Assembly (NCBI GenBank): GCA_029259815.1
Contig: JAJDEJ010000109.1
Span: 8,341 to 72,340, forward strand
Length of the DNA: 64,000 nt
DNA from: Planctomycetaceae bacterium
GTDB lineage: Bacteria > Planctomycetota > Planctomycetia > Planctomycetales > Planctomycetaceae
Reading direction: 5' to 3'
In this document: piece by piece, positions 17,607 to 26,728 of the stretch
Numbering within the stretch: the stretch's first letter is position 1
Layout of the letters: each line of letters begins with the position of its first letter
The notes under the pieces: model-generated
Databases searched by the model: none
What the model saw: the letters and a program-made list of their open reading frames with translations, nothing else
What the model was told of the DNA's origin: nothing
Program-made: the position numbers and the translations under genes

Positions 17607-20600
17607 ATGTTGCACGATGTCGAACAGTTTCTCATCGATGGTTTGATCCCGGAGGCGGAAGCTGTCCAACGGCTCGAGGACCTCGGCTTTGACGATGCCC
17701 ATGCGGCTCGTCGGCGATTGCACGGCCTCTGTCCGGATGCCTCGTCACGCGAGGCACTCTCGCCCTGTTTGCCAGCCCTGGTGTTCGCCGTGTCAGAGTC
17801 CGCCTCGCCAGACATTTCGCTGCTCAACTTTGAGCGCTACATGCAGAGCGTGAACGACCCGGCCCAATTGTACAGTTACCTCCGCGACAATCCGCGTGCC
17901 GTCGAGATTCTGATCAAGCTGTTCGTGGGAAGTCAGTTCTTAACTGAGATCCTGCTCCGGCACCCTGACTACCTCGCCCAACTGACACAGCATCGTCAAC
18001 TGGCAGACTTCAAACATCGAGAGAAATTTCTCGCAGAAATCTCATCGGCAGCCAAGGGAGCGACATCGCTGTCGGCCAAACTTGATGCAGTGCGATCGGT
18101 TCAGCACTGGGAGATGCTTCGTCTTGGAGCGTGCGACACATTCCGCTTGATGGATCACAAGTCTGTGACTCTGCAACTGGCGTTGTTGGCCGACAGTGTC
18201 GTGCAGTGTTATCTCACGCTCATCGCGCACGAGCTGCAACTCGATGTGGAAGATTTTGCGGTCATCGCCTTCGGCAAATTGGGTGGCGAAGAACTCAACT
18301 ACAGCTCCGATATTGATCTCATGTTTATTGCTTCCCGGGGAGCAGAACGGTTTTGGGGCCTGGGGCAGCGGCTGATCAAGGCATTGATTGAGTCGACCGG
18401 ACAGGGGTTCCTGTATCGCGTTGACATGAGGCTGCGTCCCTGGGGGAGTTCGGGGCCCCTTGTGACGAACGTCGATGCCTACGTTGACTACCTGCAAAGA
18501 TCAGCGCATCTGTGGGAAAAGCAAGCCCTGCTCAAAGCTCGGTGTATTGCCGGGAACCAGGCAATCGGAGAACAACTCCTGAGGCAAATCACGCCGATCG
18601 TTTTTGACGTGAAACCCGAGGACGTGCGTGCCAATGTGCTCGACATGAAAGGACGGATCGAGGCGAGGCTGAACAAGACGGGGCGAGAGTGGGGTGATGT
18701 GAAGTCGGGACAGGGAAGCATTCGGGACGTGGAGTTCGTCACACAAGGACTGCAACTCCTTCACGGGGGCGAACACCCTCTGGTTCGCAGCACCACCACA
18801 CTCGATGGGCTCGTGCGGCTGGCCGACATGGGTTTCATCCAGGCGGATGAGTACCGTCGGCTCAGCACCGGGTACGTGTTTTTGCGCACGATTGAACACG
18901 CCATGCAACTCATGCATAACAAGCCGATGCGCCGTCTGCCGCAAGATCGACGCGAATTGGCTTATCTGGCCCGTCGCCTCGACTTCCCCGGACCGGACGA
19001 GCTTGTTTCTCATTACGAGCAACATTGCCGTGAGATCCGGGCGGTCTTTGACAAATACCTGGTTCGAGGGGAGGAAGCACAGAAACCCATCGAGGAACGG
19101 TCGAGTCAGAGCATCCGAGCCCATTTGGGAAGCACGATCGTCTCGTATGAGGAGCAGTTTTCAGAGGAGCAGATCAGCCAACATGTCATGCTGCTGTCAG
19201 AACTTGACGAACAGACGATCGTTCGCGTCAGGGCGATTCCACTGGACGAGAATCGATGGGAACTCACAGTTGTTGGATTCGATCAGCTGGGAGACCTCTC
19301 GGTGATTTCCGGCCTGTTGTTTGTGTTTGGTTATGATATTGAATCGGGAAATGTTTTCACCGGCTCTGAGATCGCCGCTGCGTCGACAGACACGCAGTTG
19401 CGTGATGCAGAGCGACAACGAAAGTTCGTCAATGTGTTTGTGGTGCGTCAGCCGCTGGCCGTTGTGCCACCTGCGGTCTGGAAGCGATATGAGTCCGACT
19501 TGAGCGAACTGCTTGTTCTACAGCGAGGCGGGAAGCTAAAGGCGGCTCAAGGTCGACTGGCCAAACGGGTGGCAGGGGCATTGCGGGACGCATCCGTTTC
19601 GTCAGGGCCCCTGCTTCCAGTCGAGATCTCGGTCGACAACACAGCCGACAGGGAGTCGACGGTGCTGCACATTGAAGCCGAAGACACGCCCGGCTTCCTC
19701 TACGAGCTGACGAACGCTCTGAGCCTGAGCGAGACGTCGATCGTACGAATGCAGATTCAATCATCCGGTAATCGGGTGCTCGATACGCTGCATGTCACGG
19801 ACGGTCGTGGTGATAAGATTGAAGACTCGCAACGACTCCGCGAGTTGCGCGTGGCCATCGTCCTCATCAAGCATTTCACTCATCTGCTGCCGGCCTCTCC
19901 CAATCCGGAGTCCGCTTTGTTGCACTTTCAAGAGTTGTTGGAACAGCTGTTCTCACAGTCACATTGGATCGAACAACTGGCTCAATTGCAGCAGTCGGAG
20001 GTGCTCCAGGCATTGGCGAGGCTGTTGGGAGTGAGTGACTTCCTTTGGGATGACTTCCTTAAGCTTCAGCACACCAACCTGTTCCCAGTCGTCACGGACC
20101 TTGATGCGATTCAGCAGCCGAAACCCAAGGCCACCCTGTCTGATGAGTTGGCGAATGAGCTGACCTCTGCCAGGGACCGCAACAGTCGGCGGCAGATCCT
20201 CAATGACTTCAAAGACCGGGAAATGTTACGCGTTGACCTCCGTCACATCCTGGGCCTGCAATCCAAGTTCGGCATGTTCTCCCGCGAGTTGACCGACATG
20301 GCAGAGGTCATTGTCGAAGCCGCACGGGGGCTGTGTCAGCATGATCTCGAAGCCCTTCATGGCAGCCCGCAGTCTCGTCTGGGCGGGCTTTCGCCACTCG
20401 TCGTGTGTGCGCTGGGCAAGTGCGGCGGTCGTGAACTCGGGTTTGCCTCGGACATCGAGTTGATGTTTATCTATGAGGAGGATGGGCAGACGTCAGGCAA
20501 ACAGCCGATCACCACACTTGAGTTTTATCAGCACCTCGTGGAGTGCTTTCGCAAGTCGATTCATGCCAAACGTCAGGGGATCTTCGAGGTCGACCTCCGC

Positions 20601-21251
20601 CTGAGGCCCTATGGGAAAGCTGGTAGCCTTGCGATCTCAGTGGAGACACTGGAGAAATATTTCAGCCTCGACGGACCGGCTTGGCCCTACGAGCGGCAGG
20701 CACTTGTCAAACTGCGTCCGATTGCGGGTGATGCTGAGTTTGGTCAGCGTCTAGTGAATCTCCGTGACCAACTCGTCTACACCGGACAGCCCTTTGACGT
20801 CAACGCCATGCGAGCGATGCGAGAGAAGCAGATTCAACAACTCGTCAAAGCAGGCACATTCAACGCCAAACTCAGCCCGGGAGGGCTCGCGGACTGCGAG
20901 TATCTCGTCCAGGGTCTCCAAATTACCTATGGGCACCAACATGCATCACTCAGGACTCCCAACACGCGAGAGGCACTCAAAGCGTTGGAGTCACATGGGG
21001 TCATCTCAGCTGATGATCGCATTCGACTGCGGGATGCCTACCGCTTCCTGCGACAGGTCATCGACGCCCTGCGCATGGTCCGGGGTGATGCTCGTGACCT
21101 CACAGTGCCACCATTTGACTCCGAGGAGTATGAGTTCCTCACCCGACGTCTTGGCTATCAAGAGCAGCTGCGGAAGTTTGAAACCGACATTGGACTCCAC
21201 ACGTCTCATGTGCTGGAATTGTCGAAGCTGCTCGACTCACTCACCACTTGA
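17607..21251 (+). CDS. glnE: Bifunctional glutamine synthetase adenylyltransferase/adenylyl-removing enzyme with two inserted ACT-like domains
   Basis: There are two GlnE nucleotidyltransferase cores: AFGKLGGEELNYSSDIDLMFI with RVDMRLRP, and ALGKCGGRELGFASDIELMFIY with EVDLRLRP. At 1214 aa it is about 270 aa longer than classical GlnE. Confidence 0.92.
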   Translation: MLHDVEQFLIDGLIPEAEAVQRLEDLGFDDAHAARRRLHGLCPDASSREALSPCLPALVFAVSESASPDISLLNFERYMQSVNDPAQLYSYLRDNPRAVEILIKLFVGSQFLTEILLRHPDYLAQLTQHRQLADFKHREKFLAEISSAAKGATSLSAKLDAVRSVQHWEMLRLGACDTFRLMDHKSVTLQLALLADSVVQCYLTLIAHELQLDVEDFAVIAFGKLGGEELNYSSDIDLMFIASRGAERFWGLGQRLIKALIESTGQGFLYRVDMRLRPWGSSGPLVTNVDAYVDYLQRSAHLWEKQALLKARCIAGNQAIGEQLLRQITPIVFDVKPEDVRANVLDMKGRIEARLNKTGREWGDVKSGQGSIRDVEFVTQGLQLLHGGEHPLVRSTTTLDGLVRLADMGFIQADEYRRLSTGYVFLRTIEHAMQLMHNKPMRRLPQDRRELAYLARRLDFPGPDELVSHYEQHCREIRAVFDKYLVRGEEAQKPIEERSSQSIRAHLGSTIVSYEEQFSEEQISQHVMLLSELDEQTIVRVRAIPLDENRWELTVVGFDQLGDLSVISGLLFVFGYDIESGNVFTGSEIAAASTDTQLRDAERQRKFVNVFVVRQPLAVVPPAVWKRYESDLSELLVLQRGGKLKAAQGRLAKRVAGALRDASVSSGPLLPVEISVDNTADRESTVLHIEAEDTPGFLYELTNALSLSETSIVRMQIQSSGNRVLDTLHVTDGRGDKIEDSQRLRELRVAIVLIKHFTHLLPASPNPESALLHFQELLEQLFSQSHWIEQLAQLQQSEVLQALARLLGVSDFLWDDFLKLQHTNLFPVVTDLDAIQQPKPKATLSDELANELTSARDRNSRRQILNDFKDREMLRVDLRHILGLQSKFGMFSRELTDMAEVIVEAARGLCQHDLEALHGSPQSRLGGLSPLVVCALGKCGGRELGFASDIELMFIYEEDGQTSGKQPITTLEFYQHLVECFRKSIHAKRQGIFEVDLRLRPYGKAGSLAISVETLEKYFSLDGPAWPYERQALVKLRPIAGDAEFGQRLVNLRDQLVYTGQPFDVNAMRAMREKQIQQLVKAGTFNAKLSPGGLADCEYLVQGLQITYGHQHASLRTPNTREALKALESHGVISADDRIRLRDAYRFLRQVIDALRMVRGDARDLTVPPFDSEEYEFLTRRLGYQEQLRKFETDIGLHTSHVLELSKLLDSLTT

Positions 21252-21457
21252 AAGCCTTCGGACGCCTCTCCTCGAACCGAGTGTTAACATTGTCTTGCAG
21301 TTTCAATCGTGCCGAGCATATGGACAAAATTCGGAAGAGCCTACAATAGCCTCACTTCACCGATTTGAAACAAACTAGCGAATCGTGTTAATGTGCGTTG
21401 GTTAGACTTCAAAAGTCACAGACATCAGCTTGAGTTCAGCAAGAAGGAGCGGGGAAC

Positions 21458-22711
21458 GTGCAGACGACAGAGGAAAAACTCCATCGGGGTGGCTTTGACT
21501 TACGGTATTCCTCCTGGCGAATCGTGGGGGTCGCTTCGCCGGTCTTCCCCGGATTCGAAGTCGACATCCTGGATCGTGTGCCGGATGAGCAGAAGCCGGA
21601 TGCTGTCTGGCACAGGGAACGGGCACGTGCCATCCTGAAAGCCCATCCTGAAGTCAAGAACCTCTTTGGCTACTGCCGCTGGACAGCTGTTTTCTGTATC
21701 GCAGCGGCTGCCTTGCAGGTGGCGCTTGCGGCGACCGCGGGACTCTCTTCCTGGTGGGTCGGACTGTTGATGGCCTATGCGATCGGTGCTCCGCTCAACA
21801 TTGTGCTCTTTCAATTGGCTCACGAGTGTGACCATTGCCTGGTCTTCAAGAAGGCTCGCTGGAACCGTTGGTTGTTCACACTCACGTCGTTGCCCATGTT
21901 TTTGTTTGGACATCACACATGGTGGGTCGATCACATCATCCACCACAACGACATGGGGGCGACGAAGGACTTCATCACCCGACGTCGATCGTTCTTCCTG
22001 GCGACGCGACGTCTTCCCCCCCTGTTGTTTCCCTATGCAGGTCTCATGCTCATCGCTCAGGTGCTGCGGAGTCTGTTCGGCCTCGTGCTGTATGTTGCAA
22101 CATCGCTTTTGCGTTTCCGCCTCCAGCCGACAGAGTTTACGCTCACCGTACTGGCGGACGAGCATCTTGTTTCTGGTTACCGCAAGGAGGGGATTGAAGT
22201 CTGGGCGGTCGTGTACCCCGTTTTATCCTTTGTAATGGCCATTTCTCTGGTCTGGTTCACCGGCTGGATGTCACTAGTCTACCTGTTGACGGCCCAGTTG
22301 TTCTTCACAGGGTTTCTGCATCCCTACAGCCTCGGATGGGTTCTGGGGATCTCACACTTTCATGGTCGCAGCAATTACCAGCCGACTGCCTCTCACTACG
22401 GACCGTTGATCAACCTGTCGACCTTCAACGCTGGACTTCACGTCGAGCATCACGACCTTATGGCGATTCCCTGGTTTCGTTTGCCCGAACTGCGTCGTCT
22501 GGCTCCTGAGTTCTACGAGGATCTGACGACCATCAAGTCATATACGATGCTCGGACTCCAATTTGTATTCTCAAGACAGCCCGCCTTCGACGCCAATTTC
22601 AATGCAGAGTCGTACCGCAACTACGAGAGATTCTCGGGCGAGCCCCATCAGAAAACCGTCTCTGCCTTGCAGCATGAGCCGGCAGAGGCCCGAGAGAGAC
22701 TCCCATTCTGA
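21458..22711 (+). CDS. Sphingolipid delta4-desaturase (DEGS/Des1)-family fatty acid desaturase
   Basis: Histidine boxes HECDH, HHIIHHND and HVEHHD. The N-terminal WHRERARAILKAHPEVKNLFG and C-terminal HYGPLINLSTFNAGLHVEHHDLMAIPWFRLPELRRLAPEFY align by eye with animal DEGS1 ([43 protein letters not shown]). The GTG start is preceded by AAGGAG. Confidence 0.88.
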   Translation: MQTTEEKLHRGGFDLRYSSWRIVGVASPVFPGFEVDILDRVPDEQKPDAVWHRERARAILKAHPEVKNLFGYCRWTAVFCIAAAALQVALAATAGLSSWWVGLLMAYAIGAPLNIVLFQLAHECDHCLVFKKARWNRWLFTLTSLPMFLFGHHTWWVDHIIHHNDMGATKDFITRRRSFFLATRRLPPLLFPYAGLMLIAQVLRSLFGLVLYVATSLLRFRLQPTEFTLTVLADEHLVSGYRKEGIEVWAVVYPVLSFVMAISLVWFTGWMSLVYLLTAQLFFTGFLHPYSLGWVLGISHFHGRSNYQPTASHYGPLINLSTFNAGLHVEHHDLMAIPWFRLPELRRLAPEFYEDLTTIKSYTMLGLQFVFSRQPAFDANFNAESYRNYERFSGEPHQKTVSALQHEPAEARERLPF

Positions 22712-22727
22712 TTCGAATCGCCGTGGA

Positions 22728-23537
22728 ATGAGCATACCAACGAACTTGATGACTCCCGAACGTCTCGAACAGGGGTACGTCATTGTGCTGCCGGGGATCG
22801 AGGGCAAAAGCTTTCTGAATCGCAAGATTGTCAGGGGGCTCGTGCGAGCCGATGTGCCCTTTGGGATCGAGATTCACGACTGGACGTACGGCCTTATTGG
22901 ATACGTCGTGAATCTCAGGTCTCAACGCCGACATCGTGAGCAAGCAGAGATCATTGCCGAGAAGATTGCACGCTATCGCGAGAAGCATTCGACCCAACCA
23001 GTCTACCTGATTGGACACTCAGGCGGCGGAGCGATGACGGCGTTCACGCTTGAGCGACTGCCTGTGGGACTGCGGGCGACCGGCGGGCTGATGCTGGTGC
23101 CTGCCCTCTCGGCGAACTATGACCTCGTTCCGGCTCTCAATCAGACCGAACGCGGTTTATGGAACTTCAGTTCCTGGGCTGATGCATTCATGCTGGGATT
23201 GGGGACGATGCTGCTCGGAACGTGCGACGGAAAACACCAGTCTTCCGCCGGGATGACAGGGTTTGCGACCTCGGTGCATGAGTCATGCAACCATATCGGA
23301 GAACACCAGCCTCGCTTACGGGAAGTGCCTTACCGCAGGGAGATGTTCCACGACCGGAATTTCGGCGGACACTTTGGTCCTGTCAGCCCCAAGTTCGTCC
23401 AACACTGGCTTGCACCGATTGTGCTTGGCGGCGAGGTGCGTAGCTGTTCCGACTCGGGCACTCCCCTCATGGCTTCTGCCACGGCACCGTCCCGTACCGC
23501 TGAATCTCCGCCCGAAGAGCGGCAGCGAGTTCGTTGA
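22728..23537 (+). CDS. Alpha/beta-hydrolase-fold protein (GHSGG nucleophile elbow)
   Basis: VYLIGHSGGGAMT. I chose ATG 22728 because it follows the desaturase stop by 17 nt. The ORF opens earlier, at 22563, but that stretch overlaps the desaturase. Confidence 0.7.
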   Translation: MSIPTNLMTPERLEQGYVIVLPGIEGKSFLNRKIVRGLVRADVPFGIEIHDWTYGLIGYVVNLRSQRRHREQAEIIAEKIARYREKHSTQPVYLIGHSGGGAMTAFTLERLPVGLRATGGLMLVPALSANYDLVPALNQTERGLWNFSSWADAFMLGLGTMLLGTCDGKHQSSAGMTGFATSVHESCNHIGEHQPRLREVPYRREMFHDRNFGGHFGPVSPKFVQHWLAPIVLGGEVRSCSDSGTPLMASATAPSRTAESPPEERQRVR

Positions 23538-24837
23538 ACTCTTGCGGGTTCGACTCCGCAAGATCATGCTCTTCCAGCGGGTCGTCTGCCAGGTTGTACA
23601 ATTCCAGCGGACCGAACGGACTGTTTTGCAGCAGTTTCCAATCGCCCCGGCGCACAGCTTCAACTGTCTTTCCCCCGTATCGATTGCCTCCCTCCCGACG
23701 CCGCCAGAACCAGAAGTCTCGCAGCGGTGGCTGTTCCTTCCCGAGAAGAGTCGGCAGAAAACTCCGGCCATCAATCGGGTGTGAGAATCTCACCCCTGCC
23801 GCCTCGCACACAGTCGGGAACAGGTCCATCGAGAGTGCACGAAAGTCTGTGCGTGATCCTGGTGCGATCTTCTCCGGCCAACGCACAGCTGCGCAGACCT
23901 TGATGCCCCCCTCGTACATGGCCTGCTTGCCATCCCTCAGAGGCCCATTGCTCGCACCGACTTTCAGGTATCCGCCGTTGTCCGATGTAAAAACGACCAG
24001 CGTGTTGTCGGCTTGACCACGTTGCTCCAGACATTCCAGCACCCTGCCAATGCCCGCGTCCATGTGTTCAATCAGGGCCACGAGCTTGGCCCGGTCGTCA
24101 TCAATTCCTGTCTCTCGTTCCTGGACTTTCTGCAACCACTCTTCGGGCGGCTGAATGGGAGTGTGTGGTGCATTGTAAGCGAGATACAGAAAGAAAGGCG
24201 TATTGTCCTTCCGTGCTCTCTGATGGAGGTAGTCGCACGCCCAATCACTGAACAGATCGGTCGCATGCCCCTCGGGATCGATCTCCTTGTTTTTCAGTCG
24301 CATATAATTGATGTCGTGGCGACGATGGGTATAGTAATCGTCCATCATATCGCCGAGATAGCCATGAAAATGATTGAAGCCCCGATCAAGTGGGCGATTG
24401 GGCGCTTCGAGTCCCAAGTGCCACTTCCCAACAATAGCCGAGTGATATCCCCTGCTTGAGAGGACCTCAGGCAGCAAGTGAGCCCCGGATGTCAGATATC
24501 CCCAACTGTTCTCGGGATGGGTTCGAATGACACCGGGAACGCCGACCATGTCCTGATAGCGACCACTCAAGAGGGCCGCTCGAGTGGGGGAACAAACGGG
24601 GCAGTTGGCATAGAACTCATCAAACCGCATGCCTTCACTGACAAGTTGGTCGATGTGAGGCGTCTGCAGGTCCGTCGCCCCGTAACAACTCAGGTCACCA
24701 TATCCCAAGTCGTCCACAAGGATGATCAGGATGTTGGGGGCATCCGCGCGGCAAACCTGCGGCAGTATCAGACAACAGATGACAACCGCAACGCGGACCA
24801 GTCGTTGCCGAATCAGAGTCGGATTGGTCGGAGTCAT
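23467..24837 (-). CDS. Arylsulfatase-family sulfatase with a signal peptide
   Basis: PNILIILVDDLGYGD, the CPVCSPTRAALLSGR formylglycine motif, GKWHLG and FTSDNGG. I prefer ATG 24837 (MTPTNPTLIRQRLVRVAVVICCLILPQVCRA); the ORF opens at 24918. Confidence 0.92.
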   Translation of the reverse strand: MTPTNPTLIRQRLVRVAVVICCLILPQVCRADAPNILIILVDDLGYGDLSCYGATDLQTPHIDQLVSEGMRFDEFYANCPVCSPTRAALLSGRYQDMVGVPGVIRTHPENSWGYLTSGAHLLPEVLSSRGYHSAIVGKWHLGLEAPNRPLDRGFNHFHGYLGDMMDDYYTHRRHDINYMRLKNKEIDPEGHATDLFSDWACDYLHQRARKDNTPFFLYLAYNAPHTPIQPPEEWLQKVQERETGIDDDRAKLVALIEHMDAGIGRVLECLEQRGQADNTLVVFTSDNGGYLKVGASNGPLRDGKQAMYEGGIKVCAAVRWPEKIAPGSRTDFRALSMDLFPTVCEAAGVRFSHPIDGRSFLPTLLGKEQPPLRDFWFWRRREGGNRYGGKTVEAVRRGDWKLLQNSPFGPLELYNLADDPLEEHDLAESNPQEFNELAAALRAEIQRYGTVPWQKP

Positions 24838-24950
24838 TCCACTTTTCCCGAAATCGAGTTGAGAGACCAGCGCAATACTTCCATGTTGTACGCGATTCCT
24901 CACACACGGCGTAGCCATGCGATTAAGGTTAGGCTTTGTCGGAAAACCAT

Positions 24951-25130
24951 TGTAGCCATCACGCTCCTAGCGTGTCAGTTTTCGCAATGGCGGCCTTCAC
25001 TCCGTAGGACGGACTTCCAAGTCCGTCCAGAAACACCTTCAAAACGGTGATGACGTGCAAGGGACCAAGGAATGGACGGATTTGGAAATCCGTCCTACGA
25101 AAACTGACACGCGCGGAGCGTGATGTCTAC
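24951..25130. repeat. Composite palindromic element: family-A-like outer arms enclosing a second hairpin-pair element
   Basis: Outer arms are TGTAGCCATCACGCTCC..GTGTCAGTTTTCG and CGAAAACTGACAC..GGAGCGTGATGTCTAC. Inner hairpins are GGACGGACTT-CC-AAGTCCGTCC (25007-25028) and GGACGGATTT-GG-AAATCCGTCC (25074-25095), flanked by GTAGGAC/GTCCTAC. Confidence 0.8.
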
Positions 25131-25216
25131 TTTCGATCTTTCCGACAGGGCCTGGCCGCGAGCCAACGGCGAGCGCCACCTGACAGCTCTCATCACAGCT
25201 CTCATCTCCAGTCCAC

Positions 25217-25822
25217 TCACGCGGTGCCCCAGCGACGCGTGAGATCAACGTCAACGCCGAGTTGGTCGCAAATCCGTGCCACGACAAAGTCAATCATGTC
25301 GGCGATCGACTGAGGCTGATGATAGAACCCCGGCATGGCCGGCAGGATGACGGCGCCAGCATCGCTGAGTTGTTTCATCTTGCCGAGTTGAATCGAGCTC
25401 AGGGGAGTCTCCCGTGGCACCACGATCAGTTTGCGGCGCTCCTTGAGATGGACATCAGCTGCCCGGTGGATGAGATTCGAGGAGAGACCCGAAGCGATTG
25501 ACGCCAACGTGCCCATCGAACAGGGGCAGATGACCATCCCCGCCGTTGGAAATGATCCGCTGGCGATTCCCGCTGTGAAGTCCTGATAGTGGTGATAGTA
25601 CATGTGACCACCAACATCAGCCGTTGAACCGGAGGGCAGAAGATCGATCAATGTCAGTGACTTCAAATCCACCTCACGTTCGAGTTCCAGTCGCATGACT
25701 TCGGTTGCTGCCGGGCTGAGCGTGACATGCACGGACCGTTCGGCTGCGAGCAGCACTTCCAGCAGCCGCAGGCCGTACGAAATGCCACTTGCCCCGGTGA
25801 TGGCCAGCACGATGTTCGACAT
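25217..25822 (-). CDS. ubiX: Flavin prenyltransferase UbiX
   Basis: MSNIVLAITGASGISYGLRLLEVL, MVICPCSMGTLASIA and RERRKLIVVPRETPL. ATG 25822 lies 10 nt downstream of the ubiE stop. The ORF track extends to 25894. Confidence 0.92.
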   Translation of the reverse strand: MSNIVLAITGASGISYGLRLLEVLLAAERSVHVTLSPAATEVMRLELEREVDLKSLTLIDLLPSGSTADVGGHMYYHHYQDFTAGIASGSFPTAGMVICPCSMGTLASIASGLSSNLIHRAADVHLKERRKLIVVPRETPLSSIQLGKMKQLSDAGAVILPAMPGFYHQPQSIADMIDFVVARICDQLGVDVDLTRRWGTA

Positions 25823-25832
25823 GGGGTCGTGA

Positions 25833-26627
25833 TTACTCCACGTTGGCTTGAGAAACCGCGAGTTGAGGTTTGGTGCCGTAGTACAGAGTGGCAATGCCGA
25901 AGGTCAGTGGCTGATATTGGACGTCGCTCAGGCCACACTCGTTCATGATGTCAGCAAGCGCCTGACCGTGTGGAAACTCGGTCACAGAACTCGGCAGGTA
26001 GTTGTAGGCGTCCTCCTGGTTACGGGCCACCAGTTGTCCAATTCGGGGAAGGACATGCTTGAAATAACTCTGATAGACCCGGCGAAACACGGGATTCGAC
26101 GGCTCCGAGAACTCCAGCACGGCGACCTTTCCTCCGGGTCGACAGACGCGAGTCATCTCACGAAGTCCTCGGCGAGTGTCGGTCACGTTCCTGAGGCCAA
26201 AAGCCACTGAGACAATCTGAAACTCATCGTCAGCAAATGGCAGCGACTGCGTATCGGCTTCGAGAAAGACCGTTCCCGGTGATCCATTGGTGGAGTAGAC
26301 TCCTGCCTGATCACGCTTTTGGTTCGCCAGACAGAGCATCTCATGGGTGAAGTCGGCACCCACAACAGGACACTGTCCTTTGGCTTGTTTCCAGTAGGCC
26401 AATGCCAGGTCACCGGTCCCCGTACAGACATCAAGGATCGGCCCATCCCCCTGCGGTCCCACAGTCCGCACAGTCCGCCACCGCCAGTAGACATCCGTCC
26501 CCCCGGACAGCATGCGATTGAGCAGGTCGTACCGCGGAGCGATCTGCCCGAACATCCGCCGCACACGAGTTTCTGACTTATCGACAACCATCGATGGGGG
26601 ACCGGGATCTTTCTCAGATGTTAACAC
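25833..26627 (-). CDS. ubiE: Demethylmenaquinone/ubiquinone C-methyltransferase (UbiE/MenG)
   Basis: VRRMFGQIAPRYDLLNRMLSGG..WR and ILDVCTGTGDLAL...GGKVAVLEFS. The ORF starts at GTG 26627; ATG 26591 is an alternative. Confidence 0.9.
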   Translation of the reverse strand: MLTSEKDPGPPSMVVDKSETRVRRMFGQIAPRYDLLNRMLSGGTDVYWRWRTVRTVGPQGDGPILDVCTGTGDLALAYWKQAKGQCPVVGADFTHEMLCLANQKRDQAGVYSTNGSPGTVFLEADTQSLPFADDEFQIVSVAFGLRNVTDTRRGLREMTRVCRPGGKVAVLEFSEPSNPVFRRVYQSYFKHVLPRIGQLVARNQEDAYNYLPSSVTEFPHGQALADIMNECGLSDVQYQPLTFGIATLYYGTKPQLAVSQANVE

Positions 26628-26728
26628 TCACGCAGCAAACACAGTCGCCTTATTTCCAATGATTGTAGACCAAAGGCGGCACGAATGCCGGTCCGGGGGA
26701 ACTGAGTGTCGTCCTCTCACCAAACGCC

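Noticed and set aside
22563-22727. Long N-terminal extensions offered by the ORF track. Examples are hydrolase from 22563, TrkA to 30415, UbiX to 25894, SDR to 44359, dehydrogenase from 53255, BON protein to 17342, TadG-like to 60662 and sulfatase to 24918.
   Set aside because: The extensions overlap the neighbouring gene or are low-complexity with no homology-like signal. Internal ATG or GTG codons give N-termini that match the family pattern, such as GxGxxG at the very start, signal peptides, or a Shine-Dalgarno sequence.
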